Source of the DNA: Takakia lepidozioides
Lineage: Eukaryota > Plantae > Bryophyta
DNA length: 64,000 nucleotides
Assembly: GCA_030704615.1 (NCBI GenBank)
Contig: CM060732.1
Span: forward strand, 5,022,001 to 5,086,000
Direction: 5' to 3'
The position numbers and the translations under genes are program-made. The notes under the pieces are model-generated. The model saw nothing but the letters and a program-made list of their open reading frames with translations, was not told the origin of the DNA and searched no databases. Shown piece after piece: positions 34,410-47,720 of the stretch; the stretch's first letter is position 1; each line of letters opens with the position of its first letter.

Positions 34410-37400
34410 ATGTCCAGGCAGGCCGTGCGAGCTTGGTTTCAACACTGGGAGGCTCTCGAAGCCCGGGGCAGTCGAAGTCTCTCGACATGCAGGGCTGTAG
34501 TTCTGCCACGATTTGGTGGGCCTGAGGTAAAAATGATATTCTACCAGTAATAAAATCGGTTCTGGAAGAAAGTTGGATGTTCAATTGCTGTGCTCGTCCT
34601 CAAATTGGATCATTTCCATTCAATCTCCTACCGACATCTTGAGGAACACTGTTTGAAGTGCATTGTCTATTGCTAGGCGTAATGGACCACAGATTTCTCT
34701 ATGCAGAGCAGTCTCTTCTTGCTAGTGCGATGTATTTCAAAATTATGCACTGAATCGTTGTCTTTTCAAGCACATAATGTACGACATAAGTTTGTTCTTC
34801 CTTGTTACAAGAAAACTTCAACATATTCGTCGTAGAGTTTTTTCACTGTCAATGGGAATAAGCAATTCAATGCACTAAGTGTCTCTGTGAGAGAATAAAG
34901 GAAGGAGGAACTATCTACTGACTACGACATGTCCAAAGAGCTAAGGGGACAACAGTGCATAACAAACAAAAAAACACCCAGAGACCGGAAGTCAGATAGG
35001 CTAGTGAACTTGATCTGCTAAACATGTCTGGTCTTGAAAAATAGCCTCTTGGAAACAAGAGGACTCTGCAATTGATGAGCAGTGCTTTAGTATCTCCCAC
35101 TAACCTCGTAACACAAGGGCAGGACGGAAAGAGATGACTCTCCATCTCCAATGTATGAGAGAATGTACTCATAAGACGTTGTTTGCCATTGACCCCGCGC
35201 CCAGTTTGAGCGGAACACAAAGGGACAGAACATACCTTTGTCAGGGGCTGATGCCGGTAGTAAGACTTACCTTGGAATAAACAATTAATCCGGGTTTTCC
35301 AGATATCCTCTGGACATCCCTTTGCACAAGCATCAACCTGCTGCGTGTGGTTTGCCCAATAACTAGGCCCCAGAAGGGCCTGGGCTTTTGGCTCAGCCTT
35401 GAGACTCTCAAAGTTGGTAAACAGAGGTACAGGCACAATTCCCATTTGAAGAGAGCGTTTCTCTGGTGAGAGAACCCCGGATGAATCAGAAAATGAATAT
35501 TCTCTTCAGGTTGCCCACACAACAGGCAATTGCAATCTCCCTTTCCTCTCTGCTTCTGTTTGCTGTTCAAAGGTAGGCTTCCCGCCCTGTATGAGAGAGA
35601 GAGAGAGAGTTTTCTACAAGGGACTCAGTACTAATCAGTAACCCAGGGAAATAATTTCAGTGTTTGAGAGGAGGGAACTTTGAGCAAGGCGGTCTGAAGT
35701 CATAAGGCAGCAGCAGGTTTGGGAAGACAATTAGGGTGGGAGACAGAGAGAGAGCAGATACTGAACAGCCTCCAACTGGCGTGAATTCCTGCGTTGCTGT
35801 CTTTTTCCAATCAGACATGTGGCATACCGAGGAATTGTATTGGATCTGACTTATCAATTGTCAATACTGCTGGTGTAAGAAGTTGACAGCTTAATAGCTG
35901 TTAAGACACATTCTTCATATGTAGAACTGTAGATCTCTGAGTATACCGTGTGTTGTTCACTCCTGAGAAGCCTGGAGCAATCCCTGGCCCATAAATGTGT
36001 TGCGCTTGACTCACAGCTTGTAGAGTGGTGAGAACTTCCCGGTAGTGCTGGATTTCCACTTCACTGAGAACTTTCTATATAGAGGCTGGTCATGTTTACA
36101 GCTGCCAAGATACCAGCTATTTACACATACTAGCTATCTTAGAAACAACTGTAATCCTACTGAATGAGGATAAACTCTACTCTAGCAATGACAGTATAAC
36201 CAATTCTTATGATTCTGGTAGGTTCTTGAGGTGCGGGAGCGAATGCCGTATCCGGACCTGGCTGCCTCAGAAGTTTTGGTGCGTACACATGCTGCGGCTG
36301 TCAATCCTCTCGACCTGCGGGTAAGCTTTTTCTATGTCTAGGTGTTCTGTCTTGCTGTGTTTCCATTCCTGTGTTTGTTCTGTAGTTTGTGCACTTTTTT
36401 TTCTGTTTCTATTCCCATTCTGTTCCTTGGATTTACTATTTCAGCCACTGGTTATGGGGTACATAATGCAAGAATAGAATGTGTTTGCCATAGCCTAGTG
36501 ACCTGGCTACTTTCTGGTTCAGACTTGCAGAGACAGATATAGATTAAATGTTTGATAACCATAGGAACAGTAGTTCCTAACAGGACGTTACTTGCGTGCA
36601 GATGCGAGGGGGTTATGGACGATCCCTGTTTGAGTCTCTCCTGCCATTAGTGCTGGGACGGGATGTAAGTGGTGAAGTGGCAGGGGTTGGGAGTGCCGTT
36701 AGGCATTTGCATGTCGGACAAGAGGTGTTTGGAGCCCTACATCCCACTGCTACACGTGGGACCTATAGTGACTATGCCATCCTTGCTGAGGAACAGCTGG
36801 CTCCCAAGCCCACAATTTTCTCTCACGGTGTATGTTTGCGGCTCCACCTAATGTCTTGATCTTTCTGTCTGTCTCAAGGCTCAAGGTCATGTATTGATAG
36901 ATGCATATCAATAAGTGTATTGAGTTTTACACATAGATACGGGGAGGTGCATACACATGAGGGAGAGGGAGAGGAGGGAGCTGTGGATGTGGTACTTTAC
37001 CCTGGAGGCTTGCCACAATCTGTTGCAATCAACATCTATACAATTGAGTTACCAGAGAGGCTGCCAATCTCACCCTGGCATGCCTGACTAGGGTCTGCTA
37101 AGTTATTTCACAAGAGCACAACATTCCGGAGATTATGTTTTGATGTTGCAGTGCACTGATGAAAGAGGACTTGTAGTTTTATACTGCTAACTGAAAAAAC
37201 CAGCTAAGCACAGCAGCAAAGAGGTTGACTGCGGGTGGGAGCAGGGGTTGCAGGTTAAATCCTTTCCTTTGAGACCAGCACTTACATTGATGCATCTATT
37301 CCAGATACACTCTTCTCTACTTTAGGGCTAAGGAATTGAATTAAGCTTGATGAAATTTACAGGAAGCAGCTGCTGTTCCTTTTGCGGCACTAACCGCATG

Positions 37401-39625
37401 GCGAGCATTGAAAAGTACCGCACAGATAAAGAATGGGTATGCACTTCTGACAATGCTGCCATGAAAGGTTCTTTGCCATGTCCTTCTGTCTTTGTAACTT
37501 GTGCTAGATTAATGCAATCTTTTGTGGGGTTGTATCAGTGTCCCAGTGGTAGGGAGACTCATATGATGTCAAAGTCACTGGTGAGAATCATGAGAAGTGA
37601 GTGTCTCAATTCTTTTTGTTGGCAGATGAGACATTGAGTGAAACAGAAGGGAGAAAGAAAGTAAAAACGAAAGGAAGAACTGAATCTTATCACGACCACC
37701 AGAGGAAGCCTAGAGAGAAAGAGAGTGATCTGAGAGATGCACTCATAATCTGGGGTGCCATTGCAGGCAGAATGTCCTAGTGATGGGAGGGGGAGGAGCA
37801 GTTGGGCTTGCTGCCATCCAGCTGGCACGAGCCGCAGGGTGCCATGTAGCCTGCACTTGTGGCAAGAGAAGCATGGAGCGCGTGAGAGAGGCAGGTGCTG
37901 ATTTGGCCATTGACTATACCTCAGAGGTGGCTTACCTCCTCCTCTTCCAGCAATAAGTAAATTTATTTGGTAGTAATTATGATCAGTTTGATGGACATGT
38001 TTGTTTGCCTATTCCCCTCCTATGGGTTGTCCTACTTTCCGTCAATTACAATACAAAGACTATGTGGTCTGTGAGTGCAAGTCTGTCTCCTTTCAGTCTG
38101 ATGGTGGTGTTGTGGCTTAGTGGGCCTCAGAATTTTAAAGTGCAGTTAAACGAGCACTATGATGCTGTTTTGGACACCATTGGCATGCCTGAAACTGAGG
38201 CTGCAGGCGTCAACCTTCTGCGAAGAGGGGGCCACTACCTTACACTCCAGGTATCTTTTCACATGGACTTGATACCTTCTCCAGTTTGAATGTGTTCACC
38301 ATCGAGGAGGGTCTGTAACTATCAAGATATGCGGGAGTCGATTGTGGTAGGAATAGGCTCTTCGGCTCATACCGAGACACTTTGCCGATCCCGAGAGGGG
38401 CAAAAGTCCATCCCTTTCGGTTTGGGGGTCTTGGGGTTTGAAGTGGGAAAGACGACCGTCCTTCACCAACACTTGGCCTTGAGGCACACCTAGTAGGTGA
38501 CAGATCCGTGTTAGCTGAGATCATTGCTGAGTTTTCTTCCAGAGAAGTGGCAGATATTCAGTAAGAAGACTTGTAATGGTTTGTCCATGACTTTGAGCAT
38601 TGTATTCTATGTGATCTATACCCACTCTCAGGAGCTTGAAGTTAGTGGGGAGCGGTAGGAACTTCTCTCACTGCCACACACATGATGAAGTTGATGGGCT
38701 AAGACTTGTGATTGACATTACTTACACAGATGATGTTCATGTGTTCATTCTTGCCAGTATCACATGCTCTTACATCAGATCTCACTGGCCGCAGGGCGAA
38801 ATGGTGACATTGGCAGATACGTATGGTCTCATTGTAGGAGGTGCTGCAGCAACAGCCAAATTAATAAAGAAACAAGTGCAGTACCGACAATCACATGGCA
38901 TTGGTTTGGTTTTCCTTTTACTACTGACTTTAAGGCATAAGATTCCCTCTTCTATTGTAAACTCGTCCCTTTCCAGATGTGTCAGTGTGTAAGTTTGAGA
39001 ATTTGTCAACCATTTTTCACACCTTGTGGGCTGGTTGTTAACTCTTGAAGGAATAGCAGTCTTGCAGACAAGGTCCTTGTACATGAGTCTTAAAAGGATG
39101 TGCCAGTCCATTTGATCTATGTTTTGTGAATAGAGTTGTACACACACAAGACAAGGCTATATCTCTTAGATATTGCTTGCCGGTCGTGCCTGGAGTAGAC
39201 ATTTGTCTGACTGGGCAGTATCACAACTGTGAGCAAACTGGGGCTAGAGCGGAATAAACATTGTGTTCTCAAGCATTATGTCAATACCAGCTTCCATGTA
39301 AGCAGTTGGCCATGTTCAAGCATAACGTCTTTGTCAACTGGAGAGAGAGGTTTCCTGGACCATCCAGCAGATGTAATGGGGGAGCCTGTTATGGAGCTGT
39401 CTTGAACCCATCCACTTCTTGAATGCAGAGTATTGGTGGACAGTTATGCGGACCGATGCCGAAGGTTTAGAAGAAATTGCCAGGCTTATGGGAGATGGCC
39501 GTCTCCGGATCCCAGTTGGGCAGGTTTTCCCATTGGCAGAGGTCGCAGAGGCCCACCGTGTAAGGGAGGGGAAGCAAGCTCATGGAAAGGTGGTTCTGGA
39601 AGTTGAAGTAAATAAGCAGCCTTGA
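34410..39625 (+). CDS. RTN4IP1: Reticulon-4-interacting protein 1-like mitochondrial NADPH quinone oxidoreductase (MDR family), 8 exons, 367 aa
   Basis: Exons 34410-34526, 36222-36320, 36602-36829, 37363-37436, 37767-37926, 38131-38250, 38795-38903, 39429-39625 join in frame with GT-AG (1104 nt). Motifs RFGGPEVL, AVNPLDLRMRGGYG, LPLVLGRDVSG, AAAVPFAALTAW, GGGGAVG, GKVVL. Arg/Ser-rich N-terminus resembles a transit peptide. Confidence 0.92.
35163..35587 (-). mobile_element. 5'-truncated RTE-like LINE 3' end in intron 1 of the RTN4IP1-like gene
   Basis: Clearly homologous to 53624-54070. 11-bp TSD TGTATGAGAGA (35152-35162 and 35588-35598). Confidence 0.9.
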
Positions 39626-40221
39626 AAGAGTACTGAACAGTTTTAGAAGGCTTGGATTGTGAAAAATGAGTTTAAAAGGCAATCAAGTGAGGAGAGTACT
39701 GTGAGTCCTTCAGCTACTCCCATGAGACTTCTGGAAGAAAGGGAGTACACATTTGACTAACTTGTTATGTATCCATAACCTTGTAGACCAATCTGTGCCA
39801 TGTTGGGATGGACTACCAAAAGGAGTATGGGTGACTGGCATTAAACCAAAAGTTCCACCAAATGGGAAGGAAGTGACAGAACATCCAAATCAAACAAAAG
39901 AGGTGTATTGGATGCCAACATGATTTTGCACAAAAAAATATGACATCAAAGCCTCCTCCCCATTGCATTATCCACACAACCTGGATCCTTGTGGGAAGGC
40001 CTACCTCCTCCTCTCTCAATACATGTTTGTGTTAGCAGACACTCCATCTGTTTACAAGAGCATCCAACAATGTTTGCCTTGCAAGTGGGGTACCACGTAG
40101 GTGTAGGTGGATGTCACCCGTTAAGCTATAAAATGGAAGTCGATGGGTCAACCAAAAAGAAAGAAGAAAGAGGACTCCTGGTGGAAATTATAGTGTCTCT
40201 TCATCCCAATGCCTTTCAACT

Positions 40222-41459
40222 TTGAGCCCTAGATCACCTGGGTTATGCACAGGCAAGGCACAAACTTGGCTACCTGCTCTAGTACTGGTCGACCGGACCA
40301 GGTTTCGCCCCTTTCTGCTAAAATCTGAGCCTACCTCGTATCATGAAACAATGAGACAACACCTCTTCCTCAACTCTGCTACTCCTACTCCTCTGGAGAA
40401 AAACCAGGCCAGGCGTTGGGCTGCATGGGAAAAAAGGGGTATCTCTCAAATTAAACACCTATGCACCAGCACCCCCGCATCTCTCCAATCAGCCCTGGGG
40501 GCTAACAGGCTGAGAGTTGGAATAACAGCCATTATCCAAAGCATTCCTGACATCCTCCTCAGAGAAGGGCAAGGCACACAAAGACAACACCAATGGATTG
40601 CCACTCATGCCGACCCCTTTACTGTGATGTACAGAACTGAGACAGACCAGAGCTCTCACACCGGCTATGGCTTCAAAGTAGACAACTTCTCAGCCCTCCT
40701 CACATTGTACTCCAACCAAATGTGTTCCATTCAGGTAACTGATGCCTCGCCCGCCAGAGTATGCCACTGGTCCTCTGCCACCAAGGAATTCAACCCTTCT
40801 GCACCATTAGACAGACCTCTGCTATCATGGCTATGTAGAAATACCATTGCATGGATTGGAGGCAATCCAATTCAAGCTCTGCAAATAGACCCGCAGAATG
40901 GAAATGGAACTTTGGAGGAACTCTGTCCCACTTTAAAGAAAGCATATCGGGCCTCATCAATGCCAGACCCATGTCTAACAAATGGAACGATAAGTGGGGG
41001 CACGAACACTTTGATGAGAACTGGGACTGCATATGGGCTCTAGTATGGGAAAAAGCCAAACCAGCCAAGCTCAGTGCCTTCCTTTGGCAGGTGGCCAACA
41101 GGGTTCTCAAAGTCGGACAATTCTTGAACTTCCAGGAAGCCATGCTTTGCACATGTTGTCACATTGGAACAATAGAATCTCTGGAACATTGCCTCATTCA
41201 TTGCCAGGCTCCCCTTCTCATCTGGCCTCTGGTCCGTTCTCTCTACAGAACTTGGAATCCATTCCCACCCCAATCGGTAGCCTTGTTCCTCAATTATGAT
41301 CAAAGGTCAAAATCCATAGCCAGCAAGTGTCCAGTGTTTGAGGCACTAAGAGGAGCCACTCTGTGGCACCCATGGAAGGCTCGATGCATTTGGTCGCTAG
41401 ACAATATTAATTCTACAGCCACAGCTCTACGTACAAGGGTTTTCTTTCACTGTTCTTAG
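40222..41459 (+). mobile_element. Degenerate L1-like LINE ORF2 3' region (zf-RVT)
   Basis: VWEKAKPAKLSAFLWQV...CTCCHIGTIESLEHCLIHC...LWHPWKARC. Frameshift near 40890. Confidence 0.8.
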
Positions 41460-42025
41460 TCATCACTGTTAACGTAATTTGCTTTGGCTCGAAATTCTGG
41501 CCTTTTCGGGGGTCAGATAATCTGCCGTCATAATCTGCCGGGTCTGCTATCATGGCAAGGTGCCCTCATCATTGCTTGTGATCTGATGCTAGCAGCTTCT
41601 ACCCCATCAATCTTCACTATCCTGCCATGTCTATAGATCAAATAAAAATTCCTATAGCCTGTTCACGTCCAACGAGATGTTGAACCCTGGATCATTCCAT
41701 TATGAGAGAATACCTCGCCAACACAAATTACGTACGGCAACTGCCATTGGTCGCCATGTCACATAATATGTCGTAGAGCACTCACGGCTCCCGCCGCTTG
41801 CTGGCTCTTCGGCAAATTATCCAAGGTAAGTGGCTCCCAATGGCCGTCACCTAATACGTTATCGTTCTCCAGGGTATCCGTTACGGTTCGCCGTGTGTAT
41901 GGGCCTTACGGCGGCCTTTGGGCCTTCAAGGGTTTTAATTCTTTTCCCTTCAATAACCTTAATCTATTATCTAGATACTTATTGAGCTAACATATAATTT
42001 TCTTGGCTTCTCATTGAAAGATAAT

Positions 42026-42625
42026 AGCATCTTCAATGCGCGCGTGTCTGCGGCGGGCCCGCGTGTAGCAAGAGGGGGTCGTGAAGGGATTGAGCACCCC
42101 TATCCGTCCTATCCGTCGGATTGGGTCTACCAGGCAAGCCCGTCTGCTGGGCCCACAAAACACATAAAATATGCACATAAAACATTAGTTATTTCGAAAG
42201 TTTGTAAAAAGTAGCATATAGTGTGGAGGTAAAAAGCAACAAATAATAAGCATGAGGTTTGGTATTCAATTCTTGTCAGGTGGTATTGTTGCACTAATAT
42301 GTGTTATTGTTATTCAATATACATTTTGTCTGAGTCTGCTGGAGGGTCTGCCAGTCCACTGGAAGGTTGGAGTCAGTCTGCTGGAGGGTCTGCCCAGTCC
42401 GCTAGAAGGTTGGAGTCGGTCTGCTGGAAGCTTGGAGTCGGTCTGCTGGAAGCTTGGAGTCAGACTGCTGGAGGGTCTGCCCAATCCGCTAGAAGATCCG
42501 CCGCCGTAAAAGAACAAGGACTAAGGAAAATTTCAGAATCCGATGGACCCGATGAATGGGCGGTGGGCTTATGAGCTCACCCCGTGGGCCGTACTGGCGG
42601 GGCCCATAGGCGCATTGAATACGCT
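42026..42625. mobile_element. PIF/Harbinger (Tourist)-like MITE with internal GTCTGCTGGAGG minisatellite
   Basis: TIR AGCATCTTCAATGCG / CGCATTGAATACGCT in AT-rich flanks. A second copy lies at ~52190-52632. Confidence 0.7.
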
Positions 42626-44089
42626 ATTATCTTAAAATGAGAGTCATTTTCTTGTGGTACATGTTCCATATTTTTGTTTTTAGTGGAGGCCCTGGATGTA
42701 GATTAACCCCTAAATGCCGACGTGACCCGATTCATGTCGCGTCATTTTTCATCCATGACACCGAATCCGTGGATGAGGTTAGATGAAAAATATTCCTAAA
42801 GCAAAAGTGTGCGGGCTGTCCTCAAGAGCGCGTATGAAGTTACAGCACTAAGAAATAATTAATGCTGTGCTGGAGGGAATTTTTTAAAGCTTGAGCTATC
42901 CCTGGATTTTTGTGGATTAGGGGTGTCCAGGACGTTGACATGCCCATGTGGCAGGTGCAGGCCGGCGAGTGAACTGAGGGGGGGGGGGCTGCATGTCACC
43001 CGAGCAGACAGCGGATGCCACCCGCCCCTGGCTGTGTAGGTGGCAGCCATTTCGCCGGGTGACCCTTGAAATGGCTGGTTTTTTATGATGTGGCCCCCCA
43101 AAACAGTGGCCGGGAAATCTTACCGGCTGCCAGGAACATGGCCTTATTTGGTCTGGACTCAATAATTGGGTAAACAACCCATCTTAGGCTGTTGTTTTTG
43201 TTTTTTTTTCCCAGCTTGTACTCAGTGCTACAATGCAGCTACCAACCGGAGGAATTAGGATTTCTCCAAAAAATTTGGAGCCTGTGATGGCATTTGACCC
43301 CATAGTGTAGATGGAAAGTGAATTCAAGCCCCCATTTGCACATACAAACCAACCCCTATGAAATTTTGGAATTTTGATCTAGAAATTGGAGACATCACCA
43401 AGTAGGTGCCCTGGAATGTGAATCTGCAGCGCAGTCACACATGAAAAATCCCAGATGACCACAAAAAACCATGGTCAAACCTCTATTTGGGGTCTAATTT
43501 TGAGTGGTCTTCAAAACCACCATAGAATTTTGTTATAATCTACCAATTCAAAAGGTGGATTTTCCTAATTTTCTGGGGGTAGATGGATGTGGTAGTCAGG
43601 AATCTATTTGTAAGATTCAAATTTGTGGATGATTCAGGGTAGTAAGATCTACCTTCACACATGTAGTTATGTACAATTTTGGGGGTGGCCCACCAAAATA
43701 TGTCTCCTCCTTTAATGGTTATTTAGTAGTAGGTACTAAGTTGGAGGTGGGAGAGAGCACAACCTCCCCTCCCTTATATACCCTCTCAGGGCGGCGAGCC
43801 CAGCCGTCAAGTGGAGCCTAGCCGTCAAGGGGCGCCTTTGCTAGCCTTCTAGAAGGTTGATTCAAACCGGGTGTGCTCACTCCTAGAGTTGGTTCGCGTC
43901 TAGAATTGGGCACTAGACACGTGTCTTCATCCCATCGCCTCCCCTGCTTCGCTCTACTGCAACCTTTCCTACATCCGTATTGGTCGCTCCAATTGTTTCT
44001 CCTTTTTTGGCCTTCAAAGTTTACCCCAACTGATTAGTACTTATTGACATTTCTATTCATTTGGTATTTCGCATCAACTTGGGGACCTA

Positions 44090-44215
44090 ACTCCAGTTTC
44101 ATCAATAAGGTGAAAAAATGGATACGATACTTTATCTGGGGTGCACAAGCCTCGACCCAAAACAAGAGACCCCAAGTCTCTTGGCATCAAATGTGCCTCC
44201 CCCATAAAAGGTTAA
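44090..44215 (+). mobile_element. Short L1-like ORF2 fragment
   Basis: IRYFIWG...VSWHQMCLPHK resembles the plant L1 FLW..VSW..IC.PK motif. Confidence 0.5.
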
Positions 44216-44489
44216 AGCTTATAGAAGGCAGTCGCTGGGCAGGATAGGTCTAATGCTCCTCACTTGTTTTTTCTAATGCACCTAAAAGCCCACGAATTTT
44301 CCATAGCCATGTCGTAATGGTGTTGACTTCCTTGTCCCTCCACAACACCCCACCCCATGGGCCAATAAGGGTCCCAAATTCTGGCAGGGGCTATTCCTGA
44401 GATGGGAATAGCCCCTGCCTCTTTCTAGATGGCTCCGACACCTCGTCCCTCTTTCTAGTTCAAGGAATTCAAGAGAGGCCGCCCCTGGG

Positions 44490-44850
44490 GATGAGGCGGT
44501 GGGCCCCTTTCTAGAAGGCTCCAGGGCCACCTTGAGACAATATATAATAATAATAATAATTGACGCCTCCCAAAGGAAGTGGAAATTATGATGTCTCTTC
44601 ACCCGGAAGGGCGCCTTCCAGTAGGAAGGTGGACACCTTTGTGACACCAATCAGTGGATTGAACCCACAACCACTTCCAAAGTGGTATGTGCCCATTATC
44701 ACTCGACTACAACTTGGTTGTCGACAGCATTATATAAAGAGGGCGAGGGTTGCTTTCTAGAAGGTTTCTTGCGCCTCCACCTTACTTTGGTGGGCTTTGC
44801 AAGCAAGGCCCTTTAAAAAAAGTAAATTTGGAACCTCGACCATCTTCAAA
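44490..44850. repeat. Dispersed repeat of unknown class; second copy at ~53110-53280
   Basis: Shared GGTGGGCCCCTT(T)CTA(G/A)AAGGCTCC and CTTTGGTGGGCT...AAAAGTAAATTTGGAACCT..ACCATCTTCAAAT. Confidence 0.65.
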
Positions 44851-45109
44851 TTCTCACCATTAGTATTTGGTTAGCAGTCAAAGCTCTTTATGTTATGGAA
44901 AGGAAGCGAGAGCCCCAGTAGGCAAGCTTCTGTTTCAGTTTGGCCATATTTACCTTGAGGCCCGCCAAACCCTGGATAAGTACCAGATTCTACAGAAACA
45001 AAAAATGCAACTGCAAGCTGGAATTAACTCGTCAGCCAAGGGTGAAAAAATGTCCAAGTATTTCTTCGAGATACATGAACTCTACACTGTTAACCAGGGT
45101 AACAAGTCT

Positions 45110-45690
45110 TGCAAACCCCAAAGAGAATGGTAAGAACCGCCACTGGTATAGGCAATCCTTCCCGTGCTCATTGATCCCCCAAAATGTCGTCTTCTGCTTA
45201 TCCGCCTCCTTGATCGGCAACTGGTGATATTCGGATCGTACATCCAAAGTGCTAAAGACCTTGGCATGCCCAATGGCATCAAAGATCTCCTCTGGTGTTG
45301 GCATGGCATATCTATCGGACTTGGTCTGACGATTTATAGGCCAGTAATCACCGCACATACGTCTCTCCGTCCAATTGCCATAGACATCCTTCTTGGCTGG
45401 CATCACTGTGGCTGAAGCATACTCTCCACTAGATAGCTCCACCAAACCAGCCTCCCAGAGGTTCTGAGTCTCATCTGAATCAAGGACCTCTCTATGTCAC
45501 TGTATCTATAGGGTCTCCGAAAGATTGGCGTGTCAGTGGCCAATTGAACAATGCGAATCTCTTGACCCTTCAGTGCTCCCAAGTCCTTCAAACTGAAGGC
45601 AAAACAGTTCCTGTAAGTCTTCAAGAACTGCCATATACGTCGTCTCTCTCCTCCGGTGACTATGGGTCCAACATATGCCACATACGCATC
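45110..45690 (-). mobile_element. Ty3/Gypsy reverse-transcriptase fragment
   Basis: PIFRRPYRYS, RRMCGDY.PIN, FSTLDVRSEYHQ, YQWRFLPFSL. Confidence 0.85.
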
Positions 45691-46080
45691 GGCTGTGAAA
45701 TTGTGTATTGGCCTCTGAACAGTCTTCCGACCTGCTGACGTGTCATGTGTTCTAGTTGCATTGTTAGCAACACGTTTCTGACATGTGTTCGACCCACTCT
45801 TATTCCATTCGTCCTCCGCAATAGGGTTTGAACAGCACGGATGCCGAAATTGCATCCTCCCCTCTCAAGTGGGATAACACTTGCAATCGATGCTTGTAAT
45901 TCTTCGTCCTCTGGCCTTGCGTAGACCCCTTGCCATCCATGGTCCACTAATGCCCGCCGCAATGCACCTTTGCTTAAGCCCAAACCATTTGCTTTGCCCC
46001 TCCGGAGCTCCCGCAAACCACACGCTCTACACATAATGACGGCTACCTTACGCGAACACAAAAACGCGCATGGACCTCTC
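45690..46080 (-). mobile_element. IS3EU-like transposase N-terminal (HTH) fragment
   Basis: LGLSKGALRRAL...EDEELQASI...NFGIRAVQTLLRRTNGIRVGRTHVRNVL...RGQY matches the pattern of eukaryotic IS3-like transposase N-termini. The DDE core is absent. Confidence 0.55.
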
Positions 46081-46599
46081 ACCTCAACATCTACCACACA
46101 ATTAGACGCGCTCTTATTATCATATCTACCTCTTTCGGGGGCTGCTATTTCATGAGCCATGAGCCATGAGTGACATGAGCCATGAGCAGAGTCGTAAGTG
46201 TCGAAAAAAACATGCGCAGGACTATTTCCCGGAAATGCGTGTCCGCGGGAATAGGGTTTAGGGTGTCACGGTCATAGGGGGAGAAGGACCTCCCGATGAA
46301 GGAGGTTCGACAATGTTTTTTAGAATTACATATTGAAAGGCAATGTTTCGCGAATGGTAGGGTGCTACTGCTCTGTACAATGGGGGCCCATTTCAGCCTA
46401 CCAGCCACGTGCAAAATCCACCCACACTCCCAATCCCAAACGAAATGAGGAATGATGCATTCTGGGAACGATGGATACAAAATAGAACAAAAAGAGGGCA
46501 CAATGAGGTTTTTATTGATCCATATGAATTGCATTTGAAGCACGTCTACTGTGCTGATTGTGCAAACAAATCTTTAGCCCTGTGCCTTCTGAATACAAG

Positions 46600-47337
46600 T
46601 CACGTTGTCAATGGGACTTCGACTGCTCTGAAAACTAGCTCACGAGTCATCGGGCTCCTCCAGGTAAACTGGATTGCAGCCGTTGTACTGCCCCTGTTGA
46701 TGTTCACCACAATGTCGTGCCCTTCAATCATACCACCATCGAATATGGAAAGCTTCACGTTTTCGTCGTCCACACCAATGCGAATGTCCCCATACAATGG
46801 AGAAGAGGAGCGCACTCCTTCAGGAGTATACGTCTCTCCGATGGAGTCCACCCACGTCCACTGGCAGCAGTTCCACCGCAACAGCATAGCAATGCGCATT
46901 CTTCTGTATGGGTGCCCGTCGTAGCTGGGAAAATCGGAATCAAGGATGCGCAGGAGCCACGGACTCCTCAGACCAAGATCGTCACCCCGCTCGAAGGCGT
47001 AGTGGCCTGGGATATACTCAAAAGCGGACAATGTTTCCACATTCGAACCAGTATCTTCTGTGTAAACTGTGTACCAGATAACGGTGTCTCCCGATGTGGC
47101 CGAATACATTGCATAAATCGAAGCCTCCATAAGGGCAGTCGTCCCGGTTCTGGAAGCACGACATCCTTGCAAAGGAGGACCTGAGGACGTCTTTGATGTC
47201 GATGACAATGACCTCGCAGACAGCAATGAAGCCCTTAGATTTTCGAAATGATGAGAAGCGGAAGAGCAGTGCGGGCTCCAATAATGGAGCATCTGGGTCC
47301 CACGTACCCACCAATCATCGTGTAACGTGTTCATCAC
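46600..47337 (-). CDS. Hypothetical protein, paralog of 47721-48299 (start uncertain)
   Basis: Open 245-aa frame sharing SGD..W...TD, FERG, PW.L.I.D.D.PS, RWNCCQWT, P.YGDI, DGG.I.GHDIVV and QFTWR with the adjacent ORF. Confidence 0.65.
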   Translation of the reverse strand: MMNTLHDDWWVRGTQMLHYWSPHCSSASHHFENLRASLLSARSLSSTSKTSSGPPLQGCRASRTGTTALMEASIYAMYSATSGDTVIWYTVYTEDTGSNVETLSAFEYIPGHYAFERGDDLGLRSPWLLRILDSDFPSYDGHPYRRMRIAMLLRWNCCQWTWVDSIGETYTPEGVRSSSPLYGDIRIGVDDENVKLSIFDGGMIEGHDIVVNINRGSTTAAIQFTWRSPMTRELVFRAVEVPLTT

Positions 47338-47720
47338 GCCAGCGGTGGATGAACCGATACCTCTTTCTCATCCACGGGGTATAGTTTGAAATCTGCAACC
47401 GAAGTCCATCCCCCGGATGGAAATTCGGCGCCGCATTTACATCGAAGGGGGGATGGACTTCGTCGTCTCGAGTGGCTATAGGCCCACCTGGCACTTACTG
47501 CCCATAGTTTGCATGGCACGGAAGGAAACTGAAACGGCTACATTCATGGAGCAGCCAATCTTCATCCGTGCAGGTTCCTGTAGGGGGAAAATTTAAATGT
47601 GCCCTGGAGTGTTAGTGAGGAATTGCAGCGTTTGCTTCAACTTCTTCCAGCCACCGCGCTGCTGCCTCCTCCATCCGGGAGCTGTTGTCATTGAGCGTAC
47701 TCTGGTAATCTTTTGCAAGG

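Noticed and set aside
41467-41992. Solo LTR (TGTTA...TAACA)
   Set aside because: The flanks ATCAC and TATAA do not form a TSD, and there is no second copy in the window.
29820-46265. The two homologous termini as ends of one element enclosing the RTN4IP1-like gene
   Set aside because: Their orientation is outward-facing: 29930 is a right end and 46137 a left end, so they belong to two separate elements.
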